Shown here: piece after piece, positions 38,901 through 48,925 of the stretch | Numbering within the stretch: position 1 is the stretch's first letter | Layout: the number at the start of each line of letters is the position of its first letter | Assembly (NCBI GenBank): GCA_051313645.2 | Contig: JBNRSN020000086.1 | Location: 2,728,001 to 2,792,000, forward strand | From: Centroscyllium fabricii | Lineage: Eukaryota | Length of the DNA stretch: 64,000 nt | Direction of reading: 5' to 3' | The notes under the pieces: model-generated | The model's input: the letters and a program-made list of their open reading frames with translations, nothing else | Told to the model about the DNA's origin: nothing | Database searches by the model: none | Position numbers and translations under genes: made by a program

Positions 38901-41900
38901 AACCTTCTGTCTCGGATAAGAGTGCTACCAACTCCTTGTGTAAGTTTAACATTTTCCAGAATACAGTTTGTGATGTTTCTTTCATTATTGTTCTTGCATC
39001 TGTACATAAGCTAATCAATTTTGGGGTCAGTTGCATAAGTGACCTTTGGTTAAATTCATGAGTACCTTGTTGGAATGACTATAATTACATAATAATGAAG
39101 GGATTAGTTGTCCATGCTACTGCTGGGATTTTGGCAGTAACAGCGAAAAGTAAAAATGTTATGACCAAAATTTTGCATCATACTTGACCTTCAGAATCTT
39201 AACTACGAAGGGACAGACTATTCACCGTGCAAGTTCAGTACATACAGTTCTGATATTTTATCCATTTTTTTTAGAAGCCAGACATCTGATTCAAGCGTTC
39301 AGAATAAACCAACCACTCGTGCAGCCAAAAAAATAAGCAGTCCTGAGCATTTGCCAGTAACTGAACGAGAACGGCGTTCATCAACTTCAGCAAAAGAGAA
39401 ACCAACATCTGATTCAAAGGCTCGGAAATCTCCAGCAACAGTGTTGGTCACAAGGTAAGGTCACAAAGTACATGTTCATTTTGTACTGATCTATTTATCC
39501 CTCTTGTTGGAAATGAGTGCATATTTAATGATCTTCCTCTTGAGACATTTCAATTGGTCCCAACAAAATATCTCCAGAATACAATGCCCAGGATGTTTAT
39601 AAAGTTAACTTTTTACAGATTTTTGGGGGAATAATTTGGTTTTGGTTTAATTTACTTGTTTGTTATACGGTTTACAACAACTGTTAAATAGGCTATCTTG
39701 TCGTTTATTTTGTGACCAATTTTCACTAATGCACTTGTATACTACAAGAAGTTGAAGTGTAAAAATAATTGCTATTTTATTAATGATATTTGTCAAATAA
39801 ATTTGCAACCAGCAAGCAAATTAAAGTCACACTGGAATCCTGTAAGATGCAAAATTCAATATGTACCTTTCTGAACATATTTTGGGAGGAAAAGGACAAT
39901 AATGCAGATTCAAAAAAAAAAGTTACTGAGATGCTGGAATTCATCAGAACAGGTAATGTATATAAAAACAATGAAGTGCCTCTGCATTTCTACCACGTGT
40001 TGGTCAGATTTTTTTGAGTTTGGATGCCCATCTTAAGACGAATGTACTGGTCTTGGAGAAAGCTGTGATGGTAGACTTGATAAACTTGGGTTATTTTCAC
40101 AGGATCTGATTGAGATGTTTAATCAAGGGAATTGACAGGGTATATAGGAAACAACTCTTCTAAGAGAAACCAGAAAAAGCAAGACATAATCTTGTACCTG
40201 TAATTGGTTGAGTGGTAAAATCAAATTCAGGTAAAATACTTCTTTACACAATCATGTTGCAAGAATGTAGAATGCATGGCTCCAGATGGACATAAATGAG
40301 ATATAAGGCTATTAAGGGATATGGAGAAAGGGTCAGAAATTGGGATTAAAGCAATAGAGGGGGGGGATTTTCCTCGGTCCGTGAGGACTGCTTTCCGGCG
40401 GGGCGGGGCGTAAAATCACGGAGCCGGGTGGTCAGTTTCAGGCAGCGTATCCCGCCGTCCCGAAACTTTCCGGCCCGCCACCGGCGGGGATGCTCGTTTA
40501 AGTAATTGAGGGCCCTTAATTGGACTGGATAATGCCATTTTAAGGGCCCTCACCTATTTTAAACCCCTTCCCGCCACCCTGAAACCCCGCTTGTGAAACC
40601 CAGCGGGAGCACAGTAGCCTTGGTGACTTTATCCTGCAAGGCATTGAAGGACCTGGAGCAGAATGCTTTCCAGGCCTTCACCACCCTGGAGGTGTAAGTG
40701 ACTCCCTTGGGTAAAGACCAGCTATGGAGAAAACACTTAAAAACCTTACCTTGACCGATCCATTGAGATGCTCCCTAGCTGTCAAAGATTTGCAGTCCAC
40801 CTGTCACTCAAAGAACTTGGCCTTTCTGATTGGTTGCACTCCGTTGTGATGTCACAGTGGAGTGTTTCCATGGGAACTGTCAACAGACAGTCCCTGGAAC
40901 TGTCTGTCACACTCCTCGATCCCTACTGGAGCGCCTTGATTGCCGACTCGACTCAGGCAATTACAAGGGGCTCCCCGCACACAGGGATTTAATTGATCAA
41001 TTTCAGGAAAATGTTGTCAGATTTCCAGGCCCTTTGGCGGGCGGGACAGAAACCCGACCCGACCAGACCAATCCCCGGCAAGTTCCCGCGCCTTCGGGGA
41101 AATCACCCCCAGAGTTGCCACGGTTAACAAAATGGAGTAATATACTCCATGGACCAGTGACCTATCTTGTTCCTGTGTACCACCTTCTGACACGATTGCT
41201 GCTTTCAGCACTGTAATGTGCTTAGCTATTAATACTAACCAGTACCATGTGCTTTGTTATTGCTACTAACTAGTACCAGGCTGACCTACAACAAATGGTA
41301 TTTTCATCCACTGATTATTTCCACTGTGTTCTGGTGCCTCTGCAAACGCACACCCGTTTGGTACTGAGCATACATACTCAATCCGATCGCACATGCACAG
41401 AACAAACAGCGTGGCGACTGCAGCCTGCACCGGCGCGCTTTCCTCAGTTCCCTACAGAGAAGGTCTGGGGATTGAGGGTGGGGGAGTTGGGTAGAGAGGG
41501 GGTGGGGGGGGCGAGAGAGGAGAGGGGGTGGAAGGGGGAAGAGATGAGGGGGATGGGAGAGGGGATGGAGGGGGAAGACAGGAGAGTGGTTGGAAGGGGG
41601 GCCTCACCCCTTCCCCTCACACCTTCCCCTCACCCTTTCCCCTGCCCCCATCCCCTTGTCCCCCGTTCCCCTCACCGCCCCGCTTCCCCTTGCCTTCCCC
41701 GTCACAGCCACCTTTCCCCTCCCTCCCCTATGCCCCCAGACTGTAGCAGCTCATGAAGACAGGCCACGACCACCCACTCAAGGGCAAGTAGGGATGGACA
41801 ATAAATAAATGAATTTTTAAAAATGAGATCATATTCTGTGTTGGTCCTACCAACATGCATAATATTACATTTGTGTGTTGTGCCAGACTCAACTTTTCCA

Positions 41901-44900
41901 ATATTCTCCTGGACAGTCTCCCATCTTCCACCCTCGCTGACCTTGAGATTATCCAAAACTCTGCTTTACGTAACCGAACATGCAGCAAGTCCCATTCACC
42001 CATCACCTACATTATCTCATGGTCCACCAACAACATTCCCGCTCAGCTGTACAGCTGTCTGGAGGTACCATGCAGGCCACTTACCAGCTTTTGAACAGGA
42101 GATTTTGCGCATGCGCAAAGGTTTGAATGGGCCGCACAAACCGTTAAAGGGGCCATGCAACCAAAAAAAATGAGGGGAAACATTGTCCACTAACACCTTG
42201 ATTTAAAGATTCTTATCCTCATGTTAAAACCCCTCCGTGGCATTACCCCTTCCTATTTGAACTCTGCAGTGTGAGTGTCGAGTGCTCCTAACCCGGGAGG
42301 GTGAGCTCTGTTTGTTCTTTGACAGCAGTAGTGTTAGCAGTGTGACTGACAATGACTGGATCAGATTATTGTAAGAAGTCACACAACACCAGGTTACAGT
42401 TCAACCGTTTTATTTGAAATCACAAGCTTTCGGAGCGTAGCTCCTTCATCAGGTGTGTAAAAGAGATTCATTTAAACACAGCATATATAGGAGGGAGAGA
42501 GCAATGTAATCTTTCCAACATCACACCTCAGCAGAGAGACATACAAACCAATCAAAGGTGTTTTAACATATTTTAACATATCAATCAGGCACCAGCCTGA
42601 GATCAATGAGGTGTAGTCACAAAGGGTCAAATGTTGCAGTCTGGTGTCCGTGTGAAAGCCCACAGAATGATTAAAAAATAAAAATTAAAAAAAAATTCTG
42701 ACTGGAAATCGCAGCCGCATCTGTGCAGAGAGAACAAGCCAAAGACGACTCGAGTCTGGATGGCTCTACGTCAGGTGGGGTCACATGTAGCGTGACATGA
42801 AGCCAATATCACGGGCGACACGGTGGCACAGTGGTTAGCATTGTTGCCTCAGAGCACTGGAGACCCTGGTCCAAATCCAGCCTCGGGTACTATCTGTGTG
42901 GAGTTTGCACATTCTCCCCGTGTCTGCGTGGGTTTCCTCCGGGTGCTCCGGTTTCCTCCCACAGTCCAAAGATGTGTGGGTTAGGTTGATTGGCCATGAT
43001 AAATTGACCCTTAGTGTTAGGGGGATTAAATATGTGGGGTTACGGGGATAGGGTGGGATATGTGTTGGTGCAGGCTCGATAGGGATCGAGGGATATGGGT
43101 AGAGGGTAGGGGCGGGGTACTGGGTTTGGATGATCAGCCACGATCTCATTCAATGGCGGAGCAGGCTCGAAGGGCCGAATGGCCTACTCCTGCTCCTATC
43201 TTCTATGTTTCTATGTATCACGGTTGAGGCTGTCCTCATGAGTGCGGAACTTGGCTATCAGCCTCTGCTCGACGATTTTGCGTTGTCATGTGTCTCGAAG
43301 GCCGCCTTGGAGAATGCTTACCCGAAGATCGGAGGCTGAATGTCCTTGACTGCTGAAGTGTTCCCCGACTGGGAGGGAACACTCCTGCCTGCCGATTGTT
43401 GTGCGGTGTCCGTTCATCTATTGTCTTCGTGACTGCATGGTCTCGCCGATGTACCATGCTCCGGGGCATCCTTTCCTGCAACGTATGAGGTAGACAACAT
43501 TGGTCGAGTCACATGAGTATGTACCTGGTGTGTGGTACCCTCACGTGTGATGATGGTATCTGTGCTGATGATTTGGCACGTCTTGCAGAGGTTGCTGTGG
43601 CAGGGTTGTGTGGTGTCGTGGTTGCTGTTCTCCTGAAAGCTGGGTAATTTGCTGCGAACGATGGTCTGTTTGAGGTTAGGCGGCTGTTTGAAGGCGAGTA
43701 GTGGAGGCGTGGGGATGGCCTTAGCGAGGTGTTTGACATGTTGAAGGCTGCGAAGATTGCTCTGTATGTCTCTCTGCTGCCGTGTGATGTTGGAAAGATT
43801 ACATTGCTCTCTCCCTCCTATATTTGCTGTGTTTAAATGAATCTCTTTTACACACCTGATGTAGGAGCTACGCTCCGAAAGCTTGTGATTTCAAATAAAA
43901 CTGTTGGACTATAACCTGGTGTTGTGTGACTTCTTACAATTGTCCACCCCAGTCCAACACCAGCACCTCCACATCATGGATCAGATTACACATTGCAGAG
44001 ATCTTGATTACCCTCCAGCAGTTGGAATTAAATTAAACATTCCAAACAAACTGTTGGGTGTGTCTTGTCTTGTCCCCTTAGAGGACCAATCAGAAATCTG
44101 GTGTTGCAAATAGACATGACCATTTTCATCAGATACAAATTGGAAACCATTTTATTCTACAGCTTGTTTTACGTGATGTCACAGCAATTACAATATGAAA
44201 TCTTTTTCGTAGAGACTTTGCATAACAATTGTCTTGCTTGCACTGTTGCAATAAAAGTATAGAAGTGCTTTTTCTTTTACAGTATACATCTGGTAATATG
44301 TACTAACAACTTGTATTTATATAGCTCTTTTAACATAGTACAGGTCCGGCACCGTTAATCTGGAAACTTCAGTTGTACGACTGGTCTGCGCATGCGCAAA
44401 ATGGCCACCGCGCTTGGCGGCGCATGCCTGGGCGACTGCCCAACTGGTCTGGGCATGCGCAAAATGGCTGTCGTGCTTGGCTGCGCATGCACAAAATGGC
44501 CACCACGCTTGGCTGCGCATGCCCGGGCCTCTCCCCAAACGATTGATGCTTCAGCGAGCGCATGCACAGACCATTCAAAATGGCCGCCGGCATGCGCAGT
44601 GGCCATTTTGAATGGTCTGCGCATGCGCTCGCCGAAGCTTCAACCGTTTGGATTTTTCACTCGTCTGGCACTGGCCTGGTCCCGCCGGTGCCGGATTAAC
44701 GGTGCCAGACCTGTAAAATGTTCCAAGGTGCTTCACCGAAACGCTATCAAACAAAATTTGACACTGAACCACATGAGCTATTAGGACAGAAGCTTGGTCA
44801 AAGAGGTCGTTTTTAAGGAGCGTCTTACAGTAGGAAACAGAGGCAGAGAGGTTATGGGAGGGAATTCCAGAGCTTTGGGCCTTGGCAGCTGAAGGCATGG

Positions 44901-45995
44901 CTGATAATGATGGAGTGATTAAAATTGGGGATGCTCAAGTGGCCAGAATTGGAAAAGCACAGATATCTCAGAGTTGTAAGGCTGGAGGAGGTTAGAGATG
45001 GGGAGGGCAAGGCCATGGAGAGATTTGAAAACCGGGATGAGAATTTTAAAATTGAGGCGTTGCTTAACCAGGGGCCAATGTAGGTCAGCGAGCACAGGGG
45101 TGATGGGTGAACGGGACTTGGTGCGAGTTAGGACATGGACATCAGAGTTTTGGATGACCTCAAGTTTAGAGGGTAGAAGATGGAAGGCCGGCCATGAGTG
45201 CATATATTTCAGGGACAAAGCACACCTCTCCTTGCATATTAATTACATATAGTCTAAATTGAGAATTTTTTGACGGACACAGGCCACCTGATTTTGAATA
45301 GTCCTGGGGTTGGAAATTGACTGTGGGGAGCCAATTTAACAGCTCCCCAATCATTTTGGAACTTTCTGCCAGAAAATACATTAGTTGTTGAGCTATGGCT
45401 GCCATAGCAATGATGGATTCTAGCGACAGCAGCATGTTATTGGCATCTGGTGTTAAGGGCCAGTGGAAGGACCTTCAAAAAAAAAAAATGTTTTTTAATG
45501 CCCTGCCAATTGATGCACTTATGCTGTAATTTGGATATTTTAGGGACAGAGCACACCTCTCCTTGCACAGCTCCATAGCCAGTTGACCCCACTCTGCTGT
45601 TGCAGGCAACTAAGCCCTCTCACAGCCATTTTTTTTTTCTCTCCCTGTGGGAGCTCACCTGAAATATGCAAATTAGACTGACCCAGAAAATTTGACAGAA
45701 TTGAGTGTTAGGTTGATTGGGTGAGAATGAAATTGTGCCCCATTAAAGATTTGGCTGCAAAGCTACTGAGGAAAATCTGGGCCGTGTTGTGATTAGGAAT
45801 AGAATTCCTGAGTGAATATTCAGGTCTAAGTCTACAATGCCTACTGTATGTCATGGAATTTTGTCATTTCACAGATCAAGGAGTCAACCATCTCCTGTGA
45901 CTAAACAAGGACGCAAACGAGAAGTGAGCCCAGGAGAACGCAGAAGGGGACAGCATAAAATTGCAGAAGTGCCACCAAAGAGAACAAGGCGATAA
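2788..45995 (+). CDS. BOD1L1: BOD1L1-like gene (biorientation of chromosomes in cell division 1-like 1), spliced CDS of 13 exons in window, 5' exons outside window
   Basis: Exons chain in frame with GT-AG junctions. Peptides match recalled BOD1L1 blocks: [22 protein letters not shown], [22 protein letters not shown], [15 protein letters not shown], [18 protein letters not shown], VLEKKVAL, C-terminal RKREVSP. Ortholog versus paralog status is unresolved. Confidence 0.85.
3036..3847. mobile_element. pogo/Tigger-like non-autonomous element with non-matching ends
   Basis: TA|CAGGTTGAAGTTCGTTAATCCGGCACC ... GATAAGGTGTTGTGTACCTG|TA; internal duplication of about 132 bp. Confidence 0.65.
4999..5572. 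mobile_element. GC-rich non-autonomous DNA element, Harbinger-like
   Basis: Terminal inverted repeat GGGGGGGAAATT ... AATTTCTCCCCC. Confidence 0.55.
5669..6226 (+). CDS. BOD1L1: BOD1L1-like exon
   Basis: ttgcag|GC...AAAG|gtac, phase 1-1; encodes [22 protein letters not shown] and a charged region. Confidence 0.9.
6830..7905 (+). mobile_element. Old CR1 LINE fragment
   Basis: Decayed [30 protein letters not shown] motifs and CR1 3' end. Confidence 0.75.
8067..8764. mobile_element. PIF/Harbinger-type MITE
   Basis: Perfect 23-bp TIR TGCCCCGGTTTCACTGGAGGCTA, flanked by a TTA duplication (8064-8066, 8765-8767). Confidence 0.88.
9747..10129. mobile_element. pogo/Tigger-like MITE
   Basis: TA-flanked CAGGTTGAG...GTTAATCCGGCACC / GGTGCCGGATTAACGGTGCTCAACCTG. 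Confidence 0.82.
10140..11560 (-). mobile_element. Old CR1 LINE fragment
   Basis: Minus-strand [24 protein letters not shown] remnant. Confidence 0.7.
12316..13190. repeat. 25-bp GC-rich minisatellite (CCCGCTCCCCGAGCCCGGCCCTCGT)n, about 35 units
   Basis: Essentially invariant units from 12329 to 13095, degenerate at the edges. Confidence 0.97.
13551..13867. mobile_element. pogo/Tigger-like MITE nested in the hAT element
   Basis: TA|CAGGTTGTGCACCGTTAATCCGGCACC ... GGTGCCGGATTAACGGAACACAACCTG|TA. Confidence 0.85.
13899..14044. mobile_element. Short hAT-like MITE
   Basis: TIR CAATGTTCCC / GGGAACATTG; related sequences at about 54613-54766 and 42090-42185. Confidence 0.6.
14136..14300 (+). CDS. 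BOD1L1: BOD1L1-like exon
   Basis: tttag|AA...GAAG|gtact, phase 1-1; [32 protein letters not shown]. Confidence 0.92.
17835..17989 (+). CDS. BOD1L1: BOD1L1-like exon
   Basis: tttag|AA...ATC|gtaagt, phase 1-0; [31 protein letters not shown]. Confidence 0.92.
18782..19022. mobile_element. Penelope-derived fold-back element
   Basis: Inverted arms AGAAAATGCTGG..CTCAGCAGGTCAGGCA / TGCCTGATCTGCTCAGTG..CAGCATTTTCT; related copies at about 21085-21255 and 57410-57535. Confidence 0.6.
19108..19252 (+). CDS. BOD1L1: BOD1L1-like exon
   Basis: attag|GCA...AAAG|gtagt, phase 0-1; [16 protein letters not shown]. Confidence 0.88.
19581..19952. mobile_element. pogo/Tigger-like MITE, second TIR family
   Basis: Perfect TIR CAGGTACACAATCCTTTATC / GATAAAGGATTGTGTACCTG, TA-flanked. 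Confidence 0.87.
20411..20561 (+). CDS. BOD1L1: BOD1L1-like exon
   Basis: ttccag|GT...TCAAG|gtata, phase 1-2; [22 protein letters not shown] (basic, NLS-like). Confidence 0.88.
21696..22202. mobile_element. hAT (Charlie-like) MITE
   Basis: CAGGGGTCCTCAACC / GGTTGGGGAACACTG with perfect 8-bp TSD GTGTTAGG; internal repeats of about 50 bp containing GCGCATGCGC. Confidence 0.9.
22275..23760 (-). mobile_element. CR1 LINE, 5'-truncated
   Basis: Frameshifted RT peptides [47 protein letters not shown]; CR1 3' tail at 22275. Confidence 0.92.
23884..23977 (+). CDS. BOD1L1: BOD1L1-like exon
   Basis: ttttcag|A...GAG|gtaga, phase 2-0, bridges flanking exons in frame; [31 protein letters not shown]. Confidence 0.8.
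25537..26677. mobile_element. Harbinger-like non-autonomous element nested in CR1
   Basis: Imperfect TIR AGGCTTGAATTTGCGA / TCGCAAAATACGGCCC with AAT duplication; CR1 resumes co-linearly after it. Confidence 0.7.
25947..26367 (+). mobile_element. Young CR1 3' fragment nested in the Harbinger-like element
   Basis: Open ORF2 end [26 protein letters not shown] and (TTCTATGA)n tail. Confidence 0.88.
27290..28165 (-). mobile_element. L2 LINE 3' region
   Basis: Reverse L2 tail ACTTGTATTTTTATAGCGCCTTTAAC and conserved AATGTAGGTCAGCGAGCACAGG..GGGTGAACGGGACTTG block; similar copy at 44300-45200. Confidence 0.8.
27354..27674. mobile_element. pogo/Tigger-like MITE nested in L2
   Basis: TA|CAGGTTGAACACCGTT ... 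AACGGTGTTCAACCTG|TA. Confidence 0.85.
28175..28710 (-). mobile_element. CR1 3' fragment with extended 3' segment (shared with the copy at about 8893-9080)
   Basis: (ACATAAGA)n tail, GGAGCAGGAGTAGGCC; shared insert CTCTCCATCCCGCC..AACCCAGTGGCCAATT. Confidence 0.7.
29156..32765 (+). CDS. BOD1L1: BOD1L1-like giant exon (3,610 bp), low-complexity charged region
   Basis: ttttcag|AAC...CAAG|gtaag, phase 0-1; contains ORF 29291-32842; begins with [10 protein letters not shown], resembling the start of the large BOD1L1 exon. Confidence 0.9.
29650..32100 (+). repeat. Coding tandem repeat, 81-bp / 27-aa unit ([27 protein letters not shown])
   Basis: Near-identical units every 81 bp from about 29977 to 30620; increasingly degenerate copies on both sides. 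Confidence 0.92.
33463..33533 (+). CDS. BOD1L1: BOD1L1-like exon
   Basis: catgtag|AG...GTG|gtaagt, phase 1-0, open frame [24 protein letters not shown]. Confidence 0.7.
34026..34830 (+). pseudogene. Decayed pogo/Tigger (CENP-B-like DDE) transposase remnant
   Basis: [34 protein letters not shown] matches the recalled Tigger IFNxDETGL...KCSGGK.SKERIT segment. Confidence 0.75.
36689..36803 (+). CDS. BOD1L1: BOD1L1-like exon
   Basis: aatgtag|GAG...TCAG|gtata, phase 0-1; [26 protein letters not shown]. Confidence 0.75.
36961..37093 (+). CDS. BOD1L1: BOD1L1-like exon
   Basis: ccttaag|AG...GCAAG|gtagt, phase 1-2; ...[21 protein letters not shown]. Confidence 0.75.
37447..38597 (+). mobile_element. 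CR1-clade LINE 3' part
   Basis: [30 protein letters not shown] peptides; ends in an A-rich tail. Confidence 0.82.
39275..39454 (+). CDS. BOD1L1: BOD1L1-like exon
   Basis: tttttag|A...ACAAG|gtaagg, phase 2-2; [24 protein letters not shown]. Confidence 0.8.
40359..41110. mobile_element. Harbinger-like non-autonomous element
   Basis: TIR GGGGGGGGATTTTCC / GGAAAATCACCCCC with AGA duplication on both sides. Confidence 0.72.
42421..42457 (-). ncRNA. Minimal hammerhead ribozyme motif (Penelope-type)
   Basis: Minus strand CAC-CUGAUGA-A-GGAGC-UAC-GCUCC-GAAA-GCUU-GUG. Confidence 0.7.
42813..43215 (+). mobile_element. HE1-like tRNA-derived V-SINE inserted in the Penelope element
   Basis: tRNA-like head GGTGGCACAGTGGTTAGC, V-domain CTCCCCGTGTCTGCGTGGGTTTCCTCCGGGTGCTCCGGTTTCCTCCCACAGTCCAAAGA, CR1-type tail; TATCAC duplication. 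Confidence 0.88.
43851..43887 (+). ncRNA. Minimal hammerhead motif, core variant
   Basis: CAC-CUGAUGU-A-GGAGC-UAC-GCUCC-GAAA-GCUU-GUG; one A>U change relative to the other copy. Confidence 0.55.
44341..44713. mobile_element. pogo/Tigger-like MITE nested in an L2 3' end
   Basis: TA|CAGGTCCGGCACCGTTAATC ... GATTAACGGTGCCAGACCTG|TA. Confidence 0.85.
45875..45995 (+). CDS. BOD1L1: BOD1L1-like terminal coding exon
   Basis: ttcacag|A TCA AGG...CGA TAA; [39 protein letters not shown], resembling the recalled BOD1L1 C-terminus. Confidence 0.88.
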
Positions 45996-46454
45996 CTAGG
46001 AATGCTAAATGTTGCTACTCTGACTGAATGAAATTCTTAAGCTATCGTGTACATTGTATATTATAAATTAAGTTATATTTGTTGATGTAGTAATGTAAGG
46101 GAAACATGTGAAGTCAGTATTGATAGGTTAAAACTGTCTTTTTACTGTACTTAATTTTGTGTTGTATATGGGAAATGGTGATGAAACTGTTGACGTGCTT
46201 TTACCTGTTGTAACTTGCAATTTTAAGTACGAGTTTTCATTCTATGAATGTATTTTATTTTTACCAGATCCTATTTAATTGATAAAAATTGTTTGCTGAA
46301 ACTAAGCAACTGAGGGATGCAACTATTCACTATAATACTGTACATTGTTAACGTGCATTTCTTGTTGATGTTCCATATGTTACATCCTTGGAATGGGTGA
46401 CCAAAATATTTTGTATTCACGTAAAACTCAATTGAGCATGTTCAAATGGTTTAT

Positions 46455-46460
46455 AATAAA
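46455..46460 (+). terminator. Candidate polyadenylation signal of the BOD1L1-like gene
   Basis: AATAAA about 460 nt after the stop, at the end of a U-rich 3'UTR-like stretch. Confidence 0.5.
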
Positions 46461-48259
46461 AATACTTGTGTTTATATAGTGCCTTATCATGCAGAGACAC
46501 CTGGAAACACTTCACACCATGAAATAACTTCAAGGTGCAAAGACTTATTTAGGCAAAGATTGTATTGAAGTTTTAATTTGAATGCATCATATAATGTTTT
46601 GAAAACTTGTATAATATATGGTGATTTGTGCACACTTTGTCCATCATGCTCCAGGCATCATACTTTGTTAAACCTGTGAACCTTTTCTTTTATATAAAAA
46701 GACAGCAAGCGAGTCATCAGTGTTGGGAGCTTCTTATCTGGAGCCTAGATCTGATGCACATTTTCTAATTGCCACAGTTCCCTCATGAAACAATTAAGCT
46801 CTGACTTTGAGCTGTGGTACAAATGCAACACAATCATTTTGAAAAGAGAAAGATGGTTTAATGCTTCTGACCAAGAACCAGATTGACCAGTCTTCTACAA
46901 TTCCACAGTTCTCTCACCAAACAAAATTAAACTTGTGATTGTGTTTACAGCAATTAGGCTTTGTGCTCAATAAGTATATAAATATATTTATATTAGAATA
47001 TAAATACAAGCATCTGATCATGCTTGATATGCAAATGAGACATCTAGAAATGTTTTCCAGCAAAAATGAATATTGATAGCATGCCAAAACCCGCAATGTA
47101 AACTTACTGACAACGAAACCCCCCAGGGATGGAACTCGCGGTAAAACACGAACTTCCACTTTTTCCTGAAATAGACATTTTGGATTACAATATTCTGCTA
47201 TTTACAGCGTATTACATGTATGACAAGTGGAATTTTACACTCCCAAATTTCAAAGTGAAACTTTGATATTTAAATGTTGACCGTAATTCCCTTTTGTATG
47301 TAGAGAGAACTCCAAAATTATTTAGAGGTAAAGAGACTATACCAATATTTGTGTTTAAAGGGAAGCTAATTATGCAGGTCACTGAGAGGGATTTCTGGTA
47401 AGTTTAATGATATATCTTCACGTACAGAAAGTTAGCAACAGTTCTACAAATTTATGTATATGATATATTAAATGTTTTGGATCTGTGTTTGAGGCATGAT
47501 AGAGCTCTGTTTCCATCACAACTAGCTCTATTACCCAGAACTCTTGCTTCATAAGATCACAGCCTCACCACCCCAGTGTTTTACTTGAGGTCCCATTAAC
47601 CTAAGAATTTCCTGTAAAGTTGTAAATCTCTCTCACAAATCTTAACCTCTAGAAAACACTAATTTCACATGGTTTGTCAGAAAAAATAATGGTATTTAGA
47701 CAAAAATTATAGACCTATTAGGATTTTCACATTTTATTTGGCCTTTGTTAGATCGTAACACACAATTAGCATATTGATTTCAAACTAAGCAATTACTTCC
47801 AATTATGTTAAGTATTTAATAGTTCTTAATTACTTTCTATTGCATTAATAGTAAATGCACTAAAATACACTTCATTTCTCATGGTTTTTAGATGTTATAC
47901 ACCATGTAGTTGATGCTCTTCACAGGTCACATTTGCTCACTGACTTCACCTCATACTTTAATACGTTACGTGGAAATTGGTATATGGTTGGTGCGTCATT
48001 GAAGCAGATTCAGTGAATTGTACAGATGTGTTTCTTGGATTGACTGGTGGTCGAGACAGTCGCCTGGTGTGGTCAATGGTAGCATAAGTGACGTCGTTAT
48101 TTTCTCTCCAAAAATTACTAGATTCCAAATCCTATGTAATGAGAAGTGGTTACTATTTTAATCGGATATTATTCATAACTTTTTTTAGTACTTATTTTGC
48201 AAGTCTGTAAAATACCAATCAAGAATAGTGCATAAAACAAATGTACAAATAACATCAGG

Positions 48260-48925
48260 TAAGACATTAATAAACTTGACGAATAGGCATATAAGTGGCA
48301 AATGAATTTCAACACTAATTGTGAGGTATCACATTTTGGTAAGAAAAAATATGACGGTCACATTATTTGGAAAATAATTTAACTGGGGGAGCAGGGCAAA
48401 GTACAAATATATAGGCAATGCAGGTCACTTGGGCAATAACAAAAGCAAACCAAGCCAAGCCCTCGGGTTTATTTCTAGAGGGATAGAATTGACAAGTGGA
48501 GAAGTTATGCTAAACTTATATCGAACATTTGTTAGACCACACTTAAGTAATGCGTACAGTTGTGGTCGCCATTATTATTAAAAAGCTATAGAGGCACAGG
48601 AGAGGGTGCCAAAATGGTTACAAGGATACCAGAACTGCCAGAAAAATTATGGGTCCTAATAGAGGTCCTTAAAATTATGAAAGGTTTTGATAGAGCAGAC
48701 ACTGTTTCCACTTGTGGGGAAGAGCAAAACGAGGCGCCATCAATATAAGATAGCAAGAAATCAAGTGGGGAATTCAGAAGAAACTTCTTTACCCAGGTAA
48801 TATGGAACTCACTTCCACGAGGAGTAGTTGCGGTAAGGTAAGCATATGAGGAAGAATATGTACATCGGCATAGACTGATGAGGTAACTGGGCCGAATGAC
48901 CTGTTCGTGTGCTGTATATTCTACT
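48260..48925 (+). mobile_element. Old CR1 LINE fragment
   Basis: Decayed [29 protein letters not shown] motifs. Confidence 0.7.

Larger units (their letters stand above)
42369..43976 (-). mobile_element. Penelope-like element with inverted pseudo-LTRs and GIY-YIG endonuclease remnant
   Basis: Minus-strand NVVYLIRC...WYIGET...VGEHF; inverted repeat of about 175 bp (42370-42545 / 43765-43940); 12-bp TSD TGGATCAGATTA. Confidence 0.9.
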
